Position numbers and translations under genes: made by a program. Below, piece after piece: positions 10,285 to 22,944 of a DNA stretch of 64,000 nucleotides. The stretch is from Escherichia coli (GTDB lineage: Bacteria; Pseudomonadota; Gammaproteobacteria; Enterobacterales; Enterobacteriaceae). Within the stretch, counting starts at the first letter, position 1, and every line of letters begins with the position of its first letter. The notes under the pieces are model-generated. The model worked only from the letters and a program-made list of their open reading frames with translations. It had not been told where the DNA came from and made no database searches. Where the stretch lies: NCBI RefSeq assembly GCF_001677475.2, contig NZ_CP015229.1. One strand, given 5' to 3'.

Positions 10285-12354
10285 TTACTGCAACAGCGAA
10301 ATATCCGCAACGCGCAGGAACAGTTCGCGCAGTTTCTCCAGCATGGTCAGACGGTTGATACGCAATTCTTTGTCATCAACCATGACCATCACTTTATCGA
10401 AGAAGGCATCGACCGGTTCACGCAGCTCTGCCAGTTCGACCAGCGCATCCTGGTAACGACCTTCCGCAAAGTACGGCTCCAGCTTGTCACGTAGCACCAC
10501 AACCTGCATCGCCAGTTTAATTTCTTCCGGCTCTTTCAGAGTAGAGGCATTCACGCGATCGCTCAGCACTTCGTCAGATTTCGCCAGGATGTTAGATACA
10601 CGTTTGTTCGCCGCCGCCAGTGCTGCAGCTGCTTCCAGGGTACGGAAGTGCGATACCGCTTTCATGCGGGCATCGAAATCAGCCGGACGAGTCGGACGAC
10701 GCGCCAGTACCGCCTGGATGGTGTCAACGGTATAACCTTCGTCCTGATACCAGGCGCGGAAGCGACCGAGCATAAAGTCGATAACATCATCAACTACGTT
10801 GGCATTAGTCAGCTTATCGCCATACAGACGCACCGCTTCTTCGGTCAGCGTTTGCAGATCAAGGTTGAGGTTCTTCTCAACGATAATTCGCAGCACGCCA
10901 AGTGCGGCACGACGCAGCGCAAACGGGTCTTTGTCGCCTTTCGGATGCTGACCGATACCGAAGATACCCGCCAGAGTATCCATCTTATCAGCAATCGCCA
11001 GCGCACAAGCTACCGGGTTGGACGGCAGGTCATCACCGGCAAAGCGCGGCTGATACTGCTCATTCAGCGCGACGGCTACGTCTTCCGCTTCGCCATCGTG
11101 ACGCGCGTAGTGCATCCCCATAACGCCTTGGGTGTCGGTGAACTCGAAGACCATGTTGGTCATCAGGTCACACTTAGACAGCAGGCCCGCACGGGTTGCG
11201 TGGTTAACGTCAGCGCCAATCTGTTCGGCGATCCAGCCAGCCAGCGCCTGGATGCGGTCAGTCTTGTCACGCAGCGTACCCAGCTGTTGCTGGAACAGCA
11301 CGGTTTGCAGGCGCGGCAGGTTATCTTCCAGACGTTTTTTACGGTCGGTGTTGAAGAAGAACTCGGCATCAGCCAGACGTGGACGAACGACTTTCTCGTT
11401 ACCAGAGATAATTTGCTGCGGATCTTTCGATTCGATGTTGGCAACGAAGATAAAGTTCGGCAGCAGTTTGCCGTCGTTCGCATACACCGGGAAGTATTTC
11501 TGGTCACCTTTCATGGTGTAAACCAGCGCTTCAGACGGCACCGCGAGGAATTTCTCTTCGAATTTCGCGGTCAGAACGACCGGCCACTCCACCAGCGAAG
11601 CGACTTCTTCCAGCAGGCTTTCGCTTAAGTCAGCGTTACCGCCAATCTTACGCGCTGCTTCTTCGGCATCGGCTTTAATCTTCGCCTTACGTTCTTCGTA
11701 ATCGGCGATGACTTTCCCGCGCTCACGCAGAATTTCTGGATATTGATCGGCGTTGTCGATAGTGAATTCCGGCTCGCCCATAAAGCGGTGGCCGCGAATC
11801 ACGCGATCGGACTGAATGCCCAGAATGGTTGCCGGAATGACTTTGTCGCCCAGCAGCAGGGTCACGGTGTGCACCGGACGCACGAAGTGCACGTCGCTTG
11901 CACCCCAGCGCATCAGTTTCGGGATCGGCAGTTTCGCCAGCGAAGTCGCAACCATATTCGGCAGCAGTGCTTCAGTGCTTTCGCCCTTCACATGGGCGCG
12001 ATACAGCAGCCATTCGCCTTTATCGGTAGTCAGACGCTCAGCCTGGTCAACGGTAATACCGCAACCACGCGCCCAACCTTCTGCCGCTTTGCTCGGTTTG
12101 CCTTCAGCGTCGAACGCCTGGGCAATCGCCGGGCCGCGTTTTTCGATTTCACGATCCGGTTGCGCTTCCGCCAGGTTAGCTACTTTCAGCGCCAGACGAC
12201 GCGGAGCAGCAAACCATTGAACGGTGCCGTGTGCGAGGCCAGCGTTATCCAGCTCCGCAGTAAAGTTCGCAGCAAAGGACTCAGCCAGGCTGCGCAGTGC
12301 TTTTGGTGGCAGCTCTTCAGTGCCGATTTCCACCAGAAAAGTTTTCTCAGACAT
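10285..12354 (-). CDS. glyS: Glycine--tRNA ligase beta subunit
   Basis: 689-aa ORF recognised as GlyS ([23 protein letters not shown]...); immediately downstream of glyQ on the same strand. Confidence 0.97.
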   Translation of the reverse strand: MSEKTFLVEIGTEELPPKALRSLAESFAANFTAELDNAGLAHGTVQWFAAPRRLALKVANLAEAQPDREIEKRGPAIAQAFDAEGKPSKAAEGWARGCGITVDQAERLTTDKGEWLLYRAHVKGESTEALLPNMVATSLAKLPIPKLMRWGASDVHFVRPVHTVTLLLGDKVIPATILGIQSDRVIRGHRFMGEPEFTIDNADQYPEILRERGKVIADYEERKAKIKADAEEAARKIGGNADLSESLLEEVASLVEWPVVLTAKFEEKFLAVPSEALVYTMKGDQKYFPVYANDGKLLPNFIFVANIESKDPQQIISGNEKVVRPRLADAEFFFNTDRKKRLEDNLPRLQTVLFQQQLGTLRDKTDRIQALAGWIAEQIGADVNHATRAGLLSKCDLMTNMVFEFTDTQGVMGMHYARHDGEAEDVAVALNEQYQPRFAGDDLPSNPVACALAIADKMDTLAGIFGIGQHPKGDKDPFALRRAALGVLRIIVEKNLNLDLQTLTEEAVRLYGDKLTNANVVDDVIDFMLGRFRAWYQDEGYTVDTIQAVLARRPTRPADFDARMKAVSHFRTLEAAAALAAANKRVSNILAKSDEVLSDRVNASTLKEPEEIKLAMQVVVLRDKLEPYFAEGRYQDALVELAELREPVDAFFDKVMVMVDDKELRINRLTMLEKLRELFLRVADISLLQ

Positions 12355-12363
12355 AGCCGCCTC

Positions 12364-13275
12364 TTACTTATCTTTGTTGCACATCGGGAAGCCGAGGGCT
12401 TCACGGGAAGCGTAGTATGCTTCTGCCACTGCTTTGGTCAGGGTGCGAATGCGCAGAATGTAGCGCTGACGCTCGGTGACGGAGATGGCTTTACGCGCAT
12501 CCAGCAGGTTGAAGCTGTGGGCGGCTTTCAGAATACGCTCGTAGGCTGGCAGCGGCAGCGGATTTTCCAGCGCCAGCAACTGCTGCGCTTCTTTCTCGTA
12601 TTGCTCGAAGCAGGTGAACAGGAAATCCACATCCGCGTATTCGAAGTTGTAAGTGGACTGCTCCACTTCGTTCTGATGGAACACGTCGCCGTAGGTGGTT
12701 TTACCCAGCGGGCCGTCGCTCCAGACCAGGTCGTAAACGCTGTCTACGCCCTGAATGTACATGGCCAGACGTTCCAGACCGTAAGTGATCTCGCCGGTAA
12801 CCGGTTTACACTCCAGACCACCAACCTGCTGGAAGTAAGTGAACTGCGTCACTTCCATGCCGTTTAGCCACACTTCCCAGCCCAGCCCCCAGGCACCCAG
12901 CGTCGGGTTTTCCCAGTTATCTTCCACGAAACGGATGTCGTGAATAGTCGGGTCCATGCCCAGCTCTTTCAGAGAACCGAGGTACAGCTCCTGAATATTG
13001 TCCGGCGATGGCTTAATGACCACCTGGAACTGATAGTAGTGCTGTAAACGGTTGGGGTTTTCGCCGTAGCGACCATCGGTCGGGCGACGAGAAGGCTGAA
13101 CATAAGCAGCCGCCATCGGTTCTGGCCCCAGCGCGCGCAGACAGGTCATTGGGTGAGAGGTTCCCGCGCCGACTTCCATGTCCAATGGTTGAACAATGGT
13201 GCAGCCCTGGCGAGCCCAGTAATCCTGTAAGGTCAGGATCAAGCCCTGGAAGGTCCTGGTATCAAACTTTTGCAT
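12364..13275 (-). CDS. glyQ: Glycine--tRNA ligase alpha subunit
   Basis: 303-aa ORF recognised as GlyQ ([25 protein letters not shown]...); 9-nt spacer to glyS. Confidence 0.97.
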
Positions 13276-13369
13276 ATTATTTCGTGCTGGATACGTGTGG
13301 ATTTAAAGGAAGGGATCAGTATACCCGCTGGATGGAAGATATACAGTACGAAACGGGAAAAAGCAGGGC

Positions 13370-13678
13370 TTAACGCATGGAAAGATGCAAAAAATGGCCA
13401 TCTGCGTCAAAAGAACAGACAAACTGCTCTTTACGGAAGGTATAACCGCGCATTTCGTAGCTTCCCTGGAACTGTTCAAATGCGGTGACGTCGATTTTTT
13501 GCTCGCCGGTGTTATAACGTTTCGCCGCCTGATCCTTGCATAACGCTTCCATATTCAACGAACGCAGAGGATCAACCTTTACCCGTTGTGCTTTCTGCAC
13601 GGGTGACGGTGTAGAACAACCCACTAGCACCATAAGCGCCATAAGCGCCATTGCCGGAAAGAAAGAGTTCATCATCAT
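13370..13678 (-). CDS. ysaB: Uncharacterised lipoprotein YsaB
   Basis: About 100 aa; signal peptide with lipobox LVGC. Three consecutive ATG codons at 13670..13678 make the exact start ambiguous. Confidence 0.75.
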   Translation of the reverse strand: MMMNSFFPAMALMALMVLVGCSTPSPVQKAQRVKVDPLRSLNMEALCKDQAAKRYNTGEQKIDVTAFEQFQGSYEMRGYTFRKEQFVCSFDADGHFLHLSMR

Positions 13679-13852
13679 TAAATTACCGTCTGGTTTGCAG
13701 GTGAGTCTTATTATTTATATCGGTATAGTGGCTGATATCTTACGAACTTCCTTAAGCCTCTATAAGCTGTAGTGATAAAACTCAGATTATTCCAGTGCGC
13801 CAACTGAATGATTTATCGGTCAGACTTTTTTTAACCAGATACAGAGACACAG

Positions 13853-14848
13853 ATGCAGCCCAAAATTTACTGGATTGATAACCTGCGAGGGATAGCGTGT
13901 TTAATGGTGGTGATGATTCACACCACTACCTGGTATGTGACCAATGCTCATAGTGTTAGCCCCGTCTCCTGGGATATCGCCAATGTTCTGAACTCTGCCT
14001 CTCGTGTCAGCGTGCCGCTATTTTTCATGATTTCCGGCTATCTCTTTTTTGGCGAACGCAGCGCCCAGCCGCGCCATTTCTTGCGTATCGGCTTATGTCT
14101 GTTTTTTTATAGCGCAATCGCGCTGCTCTACATTGCACTGTTTACCTCCATTAATGTGGAGTTAGCGCTGAAAAACCTGCTGCAAAAGCCAGTGTTTTAC
14201 CACTTATGGTTTTTCTTCGCGATTGCGGTGATTTATCTGGTTTCACCGTTGATTCAGGTGAAGAACGTCGGCGGAAAAATGTTGCTGGTGCTAATGGTGG
14301 TGATTGGTATCATCGCTAACCCAAACACCGTGCCGCAGAAAATCGACGGTTTTGAATGGCTGCCAATTAACTTATATATCAATGGCGATACTTTTTACTA
14401 CATCCTGTATGGCATGTTGGGCCGAGCTATAGGAATGATGGACACACAGCATAAAGCACTGTCGTGGGTGAGCGCCGCACTGTTTGCAACGGGGGTTTTT
14501 ATTATCTCTCGCGGGACATTATATGAATTGCAGTGGCGCGGAAATTTTGCCGATACCTGGTATCTTTACTGTGGGCCGATGGTTTTTATCTGCGCAATCG
14601 CGCTATTGACTCTGGTTAAAAACACGCTGGATACGCGTACCATTCGCGGACTTGGCTTAATCTCCCGCCATTCGTTGGGTATATACGGATTCCACGCCTT
14701 GATTATCCATGCGCTGCGCACCCGGGGAATTGAGCTTAAAAATTGGCCAATACTGGATATTATTTGGATCTTTTGCGCGACGTTGGCAGCGAGTTTGTTA
14801 CTTTCTATGCTGGTACAACGAATCGACAGAAACAGATTAGTGAGTTAA
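13853..14848 (+). CDS. wecH: Membrane O-acyltransferase (acyltransferase-3 family), WecH/YiaH
   Basis: 331 aa, polytopic hydrophobic protein recognised as YiaH/WecH ([25 protein letters not shown]...). Confidence 0.85.
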   Translation: MQPKIYWIDNLRGIACLMVVMIHTTTWYVTNAHSVSPVSWDIANVLNSASRVSVPLFFMISGYLFFGERSAQPRHFLRIGLCLFFYSAIALLYIALFTSINVELALKNLLQKPVFYHLWFFFAIAVIYLVSPLIQVKNVGGKMLLVLMVVIGIIANPNTVPQKIDGFEWLPINLYINGDTFYYILYGMLGRAIGMMDTQHKALSWVSAALFATGVFIISRGTLYELQWRGNFADTWYLYCGPMVFICAIALLTLVKNTLDTRTIRGLGLISRHSLGIYGFHALIIHALRTRGIELKNWPILDIIWIFCATLAASLLLSMLVQRIDRNRLVS

Positions 14849-14889
14849 GTAAAAGCCCGGTCACATTGGACTGACCGGGCTTACGTGAG

Positions 14890-15330
14890 TTATTCGCTGT
14901 ATTCTTCCGGGGTAACCTGTGTTTCTTTTGGTGGGTTTATTCCGGCATCACGAATATTTTTCTGCACCGCTACTGCACCAAACAAGCTTAAGAAGAAAGC
15001 CAGTCCATAAAAACCTTTTTCGCTGAGTAATAATGTCGCATTCCACAGACCTACCATCAGTAATGCAACAGAGATAATAAAGACAGTCAGGCAGGTCATA
15101 TAATAAATGGAAGTGGTCGGTATGCCTTCATACTTGTCCCGAACGGTCTTTTGATAAGACGCCGCAGAAAACAGTCCTAATACCAGTACGGCAAAATAAT
15201 ATCCTTTTTCATTTAACTGCATCTCTGCATTCCATAGCCCTAACAGATAGGTAACGATACCACCAACGAGAGCTATCCATGACACAATACTAAAGGCCGG
15301 TGAATAGGTTGATATTTTGTTGTCCATCAC
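14890..15330 (-). CDS. yiaA: Inner-membrane protein YiaA (YiaA/YiaB family)
   Basis: 146-aa ORF with four hydrophobic helices arranged as two internally repeated halves (...[19 protein letters not shown]... / ...[19 protein letters not shown]...). Confidence 0.8.
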   Translation of the reverse strand: MMDNKISTYSPAFSIVSWIALVGGIVTYLLGLWNAEMQLNEKGYYFAVLVLGLFSAASYQKTVRDKYEGIPTTSIYYMTCLTVFIISVALLMVGLWNATLLLSEKGFYGLAFFLSLFGAVAVQKNIRDAGINPPKETQVTPEEYSE

Positions 15331-15372
15331 AGTATTCCTTTCATTCCTGAATGTGTAAGAGCTTTATGTTGC

Positions 15373-15714
15373 TCATGCCGAGCGAAACAAACGCATTTGA
15401 CCAAACAAGCAGACAAAAAAGGCGATGGGATAGATCACCATTTCATAAGCATTGATAGGTGCATTTAAAACACCGATAAACAAGAGACCGATAGTGATTA
15501 ACGCAACTAACTGGCAAATATGGATAAAAAAATCATCCAGTTGCCCGAGTTTTTCTGCGCGAAGATATGCATAGTTGCCAAAAGTTGCCGTCATTAACAC
15601 GCCAAGAAAATAGCCTTTTCCACTTAACAATGGGCATGAGATCCATAGCCCAACCAGATAAACCAGCGCCCCGACAACAAATAATAGTTTTGCCACAGTC
15701 TTTGAGGTTTTCAT
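15373..15714 (-). CDS. yiaB: Inner-membrane protein YiaB (YiaA/YiaB family)
   Basis: Start at internal ATG 15714 (MKTSKTVAKLLFVVGALVYLVGLWI...), 113 aa, with GGAG Shine-Dalgarno about 6 nt upstream; paralogous to the adjacent yiaA. Confidence 0.8.
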   Translation of the reverse strand: MKTSKTVAKLLFVVGALVYLVGLWISCPLLSGKGYFLGVLMTATFGNYAYLRAEKLGQLDDFFIHICQLVALITIGLLFIGVLNAPINAYEMVIYPIAFFVCLFGQMRLFRSA

Positions 15715-15882
15715 AACGATCTCCATATCTACCAGCGATACATTACGAGTAACCAACGAAAGACAAAACTGAAAAATGCCATTAACAAATGATTTTCAGA
15801 ATAAATTCATACTAAATATTAATTAATTACTGAGATGTATAGATGTGAATTATCCCCCACCCGGTCAGGCAGGGGATAACGT

Positions 15883-17337
15883 TTACGCCATTAATGGCAG
15901 AAGTTGCTGATAGAGGCGACGGAACGTTTCTCGTCGTGGCTGATAAGCGGCATAACGCTGCGCATCAGGTAGATGCGACTGTTCTAACGGTAGCTGCGGC
16001 AACAACTCAATGAGCGATTTCTCTGGATTCGCCGCAATCTGCGCCAGCCTTGCTGCGCCCAGTGCTGGCCCCACATCCCCCCCCGTACGGTAATCGAGCT
16101 GCTGACCGCTGATATCCGCCAGCATCTGACGCCAGTACTCACTACGCGCCCCGCCACCAATCAACGTAACACTTTGCGGTTTAATGCCGCAGGCATGCAC
16201 GACATCCATGCCATCTGCCAGCGCATAACCCACGCCTTCCAGCACTGCTCGCGCCAGTTCATTGGGGCCATGTTGATGAGTCAAACCAAAGAAAACCCCC
16301 TTCGCCTGGGGATTATTGTGTGGTGTACGCTCGCCGGAAAGATAAGGCAGAAACCAAACTGGCTCGGCACTTTCATCAGCCTGTTGAGCAGCCGCGATTA
16401 AAGCTGGGACATTGTTCAGGCCCGTTAATTTCGCGGCCCAATCCAGACACGACGCTGCACTCAGCATTACAGACATTAAATGCCAACGCTGCGGTAGCGC
16501 ATGGCAAAAGCTGTGTACGGCGCTTTCTGGCTTGCTTAAAAACCCTTCGCTAACAGCAAAATAGACCCCCGACGTCCCCAGCGATAACATTGCCTGATTA
16601 GCATCAACCATTCCCACACCAACCGCACCAGCTGCATTGTCGCCACCGCCTGCGACAACTGGCACCGTCGCCATCCCCCACGCTTTCGCAACTTCAGGTA
16701 ACAAAGCACCAGTAATTTCGCTGCCTTCGTATAATGCGGGCATCTGGTCACGAGATAAGTGGCAAGCCTGCAGCATGACGTCACTCCAGTCACGCTTTGC
16801 GACATCCAGCCACATGGTGCCAGCTGCGTCAGACATATCGCTGGCAAACTCCCCCGTCATACGCAGACGCAAGTAATCTTTCGGTAATAATACTTTGTCG
16901 ATTTGACGGAATATCTCCGGCTCATGCCGCTGAACCCATAGCAATTTAGGCGCAGTAAATCCGGGCATCATCAGGTTGCCGGTAATCACCCGCGATTGCG
17001 GAACTCGCGCTTCCAGCAAAGTGCACTCTTGCGCACAGCGCCCGTCGTTCCACAAAATGGCAGGGCGCAATACCCGTTGTTGAGCATCCAGTAAGGTTGC
17101 ACCGTGCATCTGGCCGGCAATACCCAATGCTTTAACGTCCTGCAGAGAATGCTGATCGCCCAGGGCTTTCATTGCGCGATCAGTTGCCTGCCACCACTGT
17201 TCCGGGTCTTGTTCCGACCAGAGTGGATGCGGGCGCGAAACGGTCAGCTTTTCCGTTTGCGAAGCAACCACCTCACCCTGCTCGTTGAGCAAAATAACTT
17301 TTACGCCCGAGGTGCCAAGATCTATCCCGATATACAT
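15883..17337 (-). CDS. xylB: Xylulokinase
   Basis: 484 aa; FGGY sugar-kinase N-terminus MYIGIDLGTSGVKVILL; directly downstream of xylA. Confidence 0.97.
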   Translation of the reverse strand: MYIGIDLGTSGVKVILLNEQGEVVASQTEKLTVSRPHPLWSEQDPEQWWQATDRAMKALGDQHSLQDVKALGIAGQMHGATLLDAQQRVLRPAILWNDGRCAQECTLLEARVPQSRVITGNLMMPGFTAPKLLWVQRHEPEIFRQIDKVLLPKDYLRLRMTGEFASDMSDAAGTMWLDVAKRDWSDVMLQACHLSRDQMPALYEGSEITGALLPEVAKAWGMATVPVVAGGGDNAAGAVGVGMVDANQAMLSLGTSGVYFAVSEGFLSKPESAVHSFCHALPQRWHLMSVMLSAASCLDWAAKLTGLNNVPALIAAAQQADESAEPVWFLPYLSGERTPHNNPQAKGVFFGLTHQHGPNELARAVLEGVGYALADGMDVVHACGIKPQSVTLIGGGARSEYWRQMLADISGQQLDYRTGGDVGPALGAARLAQIAANPEKSLIELLPQLPLEQSHLPDAQRYAAYQPRRETFRRLYQQLLPLMA

Positions 17338-17408
17338 ATCGATCGTTCCTTAAAAAAATGCCCGGTATCGCTACCGATAACCGGGCCAACGGACTGCACA
17401 GTTAGCCG

Positions 17409-18731
17409 TTATTTGTCGAACAGATAATGGTTTACCAGATTTTCCAGTTGTTCCTGGCGACCACTCTGATGCACCGGAGACAAATTGTGTTCCTGAGCAT
17501 ATTTGGCTAAATCTGCCAGTGACATTTGGCCTTTCAGGATTTGCTGGCCTAATTCGCTATTCCAGCCGGAATAACGCTGCGCGATGCGTTTATCCAGCTC
17601 GCCATCTTCAATCATGCGTGCTGCAATTTTCAGCGCCAACGCCATCGTATCCATCGCGCCGATATGACCGTAAAACAGATCATATTTATCAGTACTTTGA
17701 CGACGTACTTTGGCATCGAAGTTCAGACCACCGGTGGTGAAACCGCCTGCTTTGAGAATTTCATACATCACCAGCGCATTCTCTTCCACACTGTTCGGGA
17801 ACTGGTCGGTGTCCCAGCCCAGTTGCGCATCGCCACGGTTGGCGTCGACAGAACCGAACAGGCCAAGCGCAATGGCGGTGGCTATTTCATGATGGAAAGA
17901 GTGACCTGCCAGCGTCGCGTGGTTAGCTTCAATGTTCAGTTTAATCTCTTTTTCCAGACCAAACTGTTTCAGGAAGCCATAGACCGTCGCGGCATCGTAA
18001 TCATATTGATGTTTGGTCGGTTCTTGCGGTTTCGGTTCGATAAGCAACGTGCCCTGGAAACCGATTTTATGTTTATGCTCAACCACCATCTGCATAAAGC
18101 GGCCCAGCTGTTCACGCTCCTGACGCAAGTCGGTATTTAACAGCGTTTCGTAACCTTCACGACCGCCCCACAGGACATAGTTTTCACCGCCCAATTTATG
18201 GGTTGCTTCCATCGCTGTAACAACTTGCGTTGCCGCCCAACTGAAGACTTCAGGATCTGGGTTCGTCGCCGCACCCGCGCCATAGCGAGGGTTTGTAAAG
18301 CAGTTAGCGGTTCCCCACAGCAGCTTCACGCCGCTCTCTTCTTGCTTGCCTGCCAGGACATCAACCATTTGCGCAAAATTATTGATGTACTCTTTTAACG
18401 ACGCGCCCTCAGGGGAAACATCCACATCGTGGAAGCAATAAAATGGCACATGTAACTTGTGGAAAAACTCAAATGCGACATCTGCTTTACGCTTCGCCAA
18501 CGCCAGTGCCTCACCAGGCTGCTGCCACGGACGATTAAACGCCCCCACACCAAACATGTCCGCTCCGTTCCAGCAGAAGGTGTGCCAGTAGCAGGCGGCA
18601 AAACGCAAGTGCTCTTCCATACGCTTACCCAACACCAGTTCGTCGGGATTGTAGTGACGGAATGCTAACGGGTTTGAGGATTTTGAGCCTTCATAACGAA
18701 CGCGATCGAGCTGGTCAAAATAGGCTTGCAT
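17409..18731 (-). CDS. xylA: Xylose isomerase
   Basis: Start at ATG 18731 ([28 protein letters not shown]...), 440 aa, recognised as XylA. Confidence 0.97.
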
Positions 18732-19096
18732 ATTGAACTCCATAATAAGGTAATGCCGCGGGTAATGGATGATGTCCTAATATTGGGCACTCCCTTTCAG
18801 TTGCTCAATTATGTTATTTCACACTGCTATTGAGATAATTCACAAGTGTGCGCTCGCTCGCAAAATAAAATGGGATGATGAAACTGGGTAATTCCTCGAA
18901 GAGAAAAATGCAATAAGTACAATTGCGCAACAAAAGTAAGATCTCTGTCATAAATCAAGAAATAAACCAAAAATCGTAATCGAAAGATAAAAATCTGTAA
19001 TTGTTTTCCCCTGTTTAGTTGCTAAAAATTGGTTACGTTTATCGCGGTGATTGTTACTTATTAAAGCTGTCCTCTAACTACAGAAGGCCCTACACC
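18732..19096. promoter_or_regulatory. Divergent xylAB / xylFGH control region (expected XylR and CRP operators)
   Basis: 365-bp AT-rich intergenic region between divergent operons; contains CRP-half-site-like TTCACAC and TTCACAAG (about 18815..18850). Individual operators were not mapped. Confidence 0.55.
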
Positions 19097-20089
19097 ATGA
19101 AAATAAAGAACATTCTACTCACCCTTTGCACCTCACTTCTGCTTACCAACGTTGCGGCACACGCCAAAGAAGTCAAAATAGGTATGGCGATTGATGATCT
19201 CCGTCTTGAACGCTGGCAAAAAGATCGAGATATTTTTGTGAAAAAGGCAGAATCTCTCGGCGCGAAAGTATTTGTACAGTCTGCAAATGGCAATGAAGAA
19301 ACACAAATGTCGCAGATTGAAAACATGATTAACCGGGGTGTCGATGTTCTTGTCATTATTCCGTATAACGGTCAGGTATTAAGTAACGTTGTAAAAGAAG
19401 CCAAACAAGAAGGTATTAAAGTATTAGCTTACGACCGTATGATTAACGATGCGGATATCGATTTTTATATTTCTTTCGATAACGAAAAAGTCGGTGAACT
19501 GCAGGCAAAAGCCCTGGTCGATATTGTTCCGCAAGGTAATTACTTCCTGATGGGCGGCTCGCCGGTAGATAACAACGCCAAGCTGTTCCGCGCCGGACAA
19601 ATGAAAGTGTTAAAACCTTATGTTGATTCCGGAAAAATTAAAGTCGTTGGTGACCAATGGGTTGATGGCTGGTTACCGGAAAACGCATTGAAAATTATGG
19701 AAAACGCGCTAACCGCCAATAATAACAAAATTGATGCTGTAGTTGCCTCAAACGATGCCACCGCAGGTGGGGCAATTCAGGCATTAAGCGCGCAAGGTTT
19801 ATCAGGGAAAGTAGCAATTTCCGGCCAGGATGCGGATCTCGCAGGTATTAAACGTATTGCTGCCGGTACGCAAACTATGACGGTGTATAAACCTATTACA
19901 TTGTTGGCAAATACTGCCGCAGAAATTGCCGTTGAGTTGGGCAATGGTCAGGAACCAAAAGCAGATACCACACTGAATAATGGTCTGAAAGATGTTCCCT
20001 CCCGCCTGCTGACACCGATCGATGTGAATAAAAACAACATCAAAGATACGGTAGTTAAAGACGGATTCCACAAAGAGAGCGAGCTGTAA
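19097..20089 (+). CDS. xylF: D-xylose ABC transporter periplasmic binding protein
   Basis: Start at internal ATG 19097, 330 aa, signal peptide MKIKNILLTLCTSLLLTNVAAHA; periplasmic sugar-binding fold pattern. Confidence 0.95.
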   Translation: MKIKNILLTLCTSLLLTNVAAHAKEVKIGMAIDDLRLERWQKDRDIFVKKAESLGAKVFVQSANGNEETQMSQIENMINRGVDVLVIIPYNGQVLSNVVKEAKQEGIKVLAYDRMINDADIDFYISFDNEKVGELQAKALVDIVPQGNYFLMGGSPVDNNAKLFRAGQMKVLKPYVDSGKIKVVGDQWVDGWLPENALKIMENALTANNNKIDAVVASNDATAGGAIQALSAQGLSGKVAISGQDADLAGIKRIAAGTQTMTVYKPITLLANTAAEIAVELGNGQEPKADTTLNNGLKDVPSRLLTPIDVNKNNIKDTVVKDGFHKESEL

Positions 20090-20166
20090 GCGTTACGCCC
20101 CGGCGAGGAGCGGGGGCGTGATTTCTCTCCATGCCGCGTGAATTAATTGGCTTAGGTGGAGTCGTT

Positions 20167-21708
20167 ATGCCTTATCTACTTGAAATGAAGAACATTACCA
20201 AAACCTTCGGCAGTGTGAAGGCGATTGATAACGTCAGCTTGCGGTTGAATGCTGGCGAAATCGTCTCACTCTGTGGGGAAAATGGGTCTGGTAAATCAAC
20301 GCTGATGAAAGTGCTGTGTGGTATTTATCCCCATGGCTCCTACGAAGGCGAAATTATTTTTGCGGGAGAAGAGATTCAGGCGAGTCACATCCGCGATACC
20401 GAACGCAAAGGTATCGCCATCATTCACCAGGAATTGGCGCTGGTGAAAGAATTGACCGTGCTGGAAAATATCTTCCTGGGTAACGAAATAACCCATAATG
20501 GTATTATGGATTATGATCTGATGACGCTACGCTGTCAGAAGCTGCTCGCACAGGTCAGTTTATCTATTTCACCAGATACCCGCGTTGGCGATTTAGGGCT
20601 TGGGCAACAACAACTGGTTGAAATTGCCAAGGCACTTAATAAACAGGTGCGTTTGTTAATTCTCGATGAGCCGACAGCCTCATTAACTGAGCAGGAAACG
20701 TCGGTTTTACTGGATATTATTCGCGATCTACAACAGCACGGTATCGCCTGTATTTATATTTCGCATAAACTTAACGAAGTCAAAGCGATTTCCGATACGA
20801 TTTGCGTTATTCGCGACGGTCAGCACATTGGTACGCGTGATGCTGCCGGAATGAGTGAAGACGATATTATCACCATGATGGTCGGGCGAGAGTTAACCGC
20901 GCTTTACCCAAATGAACCACATACCACCGGAGATGAAATATTACGTATTGAACATCTGACGGCATGGCATCCGGTTAATCGTCATATTAAACGAGTTAAT
21001 GATGTCTCGTTTTCCCTGAAACGTGGCGAAATACTGGGTATTGCCGGACTCGTTGGTGCCGGACGTACCGAGACTATTCAGTGCCTGTTTGGCGTGTGGC
21101 CCGGAAAATGGGAAGGAAAAATTTATATTGATGGCAAACAGGTAGATATTCGTAACTGTCAGCAAGCCATCGCCCAGGGGATTGCGATGGTACCCGAAGA
21201 CAGAAAGCGCGACGGCATCGTTCCGGTAATGGCGGTTGGTAAAAATATTACCCTCGCCGCACTCAATAAATTTACCGGTGGCATTAGCCAGCTTGATGAC
21301 GCGGCAGAGCAAAAATGTATTCTGGAATCAATCCAGCAACTCAAAGTTAAAACGTCGTCCCCCGACCTTGCTATTGGACGTTTGAGCGGCGGCAATCAGC
21401 AAAAAGCGATCCTCGCTCGCTGTCTGTTACTTAACCCGCGTATTCTCATTCTTGATGAACCCACCAGGGGTATCGATATTGGCGCGAAATACGAGATCTA
21501 CAAATTAATTAACCAACTCGTCCAGCAGGGCATTGCCGTTATTGTCATCTCTTCTGAATTACCTGAAGTGCTCGGCCTTAGCGATCGTGTACTGGTGATG
21601 CATGAAGGGAAACTAAAAGCCAACCTGATAAATCATAACCTGACTCAGGAGCAGGTGATGGAAGCCGCATTGAGGAGCGAGCATCATGTCGAAAAGCAAT
21701 CCGTCTGA
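20167..21708 (+). CDS. xylG: D-xylose ABC transporter ATP-binding protein (tandem ABC domains)
   Basis: Start at internal ATG 20167, 513 aa; Walker [10 protein letters not shown]; ABC signature-like LSGGNQQK and a second nucleotide-binding domain. Confidence 0.95.
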   Translation: MPYLLEMKNITKTFGSVKAIDNVSLRLNAGEIVSLCGENGSGKSTLMKVLCGIYPHGSYEGEIIFAGEEIQASHIRDTERKGIAIIHQELALVKELTVLENIFLGNEITHNGIMDYDLMTLRCQKLLAQVSLSISPDTRVGDLGLGQQQLVEIAKALNKQVRLLILDEPTASLTEQETSVLLDIIRDLQQHGIACIYISHKLNEVKAISDTICVIRDGQHIGTRDAAGMSEDDIITMMVGRELTALYPNEPHTTGDEILRIEHLTAWHPVNRHIKRVNDVSFSLKRGEILGIAGLVGAGRTETIQCLFGVWPGKWEGKIYIDGKQVDIRNCQQAIAQGIAMVPEDRKRDGIVPVMAVGKNITLAALNKFTGGISQLDDAAEQKCILESIQQLKVKTSSPDLAIGRLSGGNQQKAILARCLLLNPRILILDEPTRGIDIGAKYEIYKLINQLVQQGIAVIVISSELPEVLGLSDRVLVMHEGKLKANLINHNLTQEQVMEAALRSEHHVEKQSV

Positions 21709-22867
21709 AGTGAAATTGGCCGTACCGACATCCGGTGGCTTTTCCGGGCTGAAGTCACTGAATTTGCAGGTCTTCGTGATGATTGCAGCTATCATCGCAA
21801 TCATGCTGTTCTTCACCTGGACCACCGATGGTGCCTACTTAAGCGCCCGTAACGTCTCCAACCTGTTACGCCAGACCGCGATTACCGGCATCCTCGCAGT
21901 AGGAATGGTGTTCGTCATAATTTCTGCTGAAATCGACCTTTCCGTCGGCTCAATGATGGGGCTATTAGGTGGCGTCGCGGCGATTTGTGACGTCTGGCTA
22001 GGCTGGCCTTTGCCACTTACCATCATTGTGACTTTGATTCTGGGACTGCTTCTCGGTGCCTGGAACGGATGGTGGGTAGCGTACCGCAAAGTCCCGTCAT
22101 TTATTGTCACCCTCGCGGGCATGTTGGCATTTCGCGGCATACTCATTGGCATCACCAACGGCACGACTGTATCCCCCACCAGCGCCGCGATGTCACAAAT
22201 TGGGCAAAGCTATCTACCTGCCAGCACCGGCTTCATCATTGGCGCGCTTGGCTTAATGGCTTTTGTTGGCTGGCAATGGCGCGGAAGAATGCGCCGTCAG
22301 GCTTTGGGTTTGCAGTCTCCGGCCTCTACCGCAGTTGTCGGTCGCCAGGCATTAACGGCGATTATCGTCTTAGGCGCAATCTGGCTTTTGAATGATTACC
22401 GTGGCGTTCCCACTCCTGTTCTGCTGCTGACGTTGCTGTTACTCGGCGGAATGTTTATGGCAACGCGGACAGCATTTGGACGACGCATTTATGCCATCGG
22501 CGGCAATCTGGAAGCAGCACGTCTCTCCGGGATTAACGTTGAACGCACCAAACTTGCCGTATTCGCTATTAACGGATTAATGGTCGCTATCGCCGGATTA
22601 ATCCTCAGTTCTCGACTTGGCGCTGGTTCACCTTCTGCGGGGAATATCGCCGAGCTGGACGCAATTGCAGCATGCGTGATTGGCGGCACCAGTCTGGCAG
22701 GCGGCGTCGGGAGCGTGGCTGGAGCGGTAATGGGGGCATTCATCATGGCTTCACTGGATAACGGTATGAGTATGATGGATGTACCGACCTTCTGGCAGTA
22801 TATCGTTAAAGGTGCGATTCTGTTGCTGGCAGTATGGATGGACTCCGCAACCAAACGCCGTTCTTGA
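21686..22867 (+). CDS. xylH: D-xylose ABC transporter permease
   Basis: 393-aa polytopic membrane protein; start overlaps the xylG 3' end by 23 nt. Confidence 0.95.
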   Translation: MSKSNPSEVKLAVPTSGGFSGLKSLNLQVFVMIAAIIAIMLFFTWTTDGAYLSARNVSNLLRQTAITGILAVGMVFVIISAEIDLSVGSMMGLLGGVAAICDVWLGWPLPLTIIVTLILGLLLGAWNGWWVAYRKVPSFIVTLAGMLAFRGILIGITNGTTVSPTSAAMSQIGQSYLPASTGFIIGALGLMAFVGWQWRGRMRRQALGLQSPASTAVVGRQALTAIIVLGAIWLLNDYRGVPTPVLLLTLLLLGGMFMATRTAFGRRIYAIGGNLEAARLSGINVERTKLAVFAINGLMVAIAGLILSSRLGAGSPSAGNIAELDAIAACVIGGTSLAGGVGSVAGAVMGAFIMASLDNGMSMMDVPTFWQYIVKGAILLLAVWMDSATKRRS

Positions 22868-22944
22868 TTTTGATAAAAATTTTCTCAAAGCCGGTAACGT
22901 ATTACCGGTGTTGAGTTTTTGCATGATTCAGCAGGAAAAGAACC

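Noticed and set aside
10648-12867. Long plus-strand ORFs (326 aa, 374 aa and others) opposite glyS and glyQ
   Set aside because: Antisense shadow ORFs of two highly conserved aminoacyl-tRNA synthetase genes; translations are Arg-rich and not protein-like.
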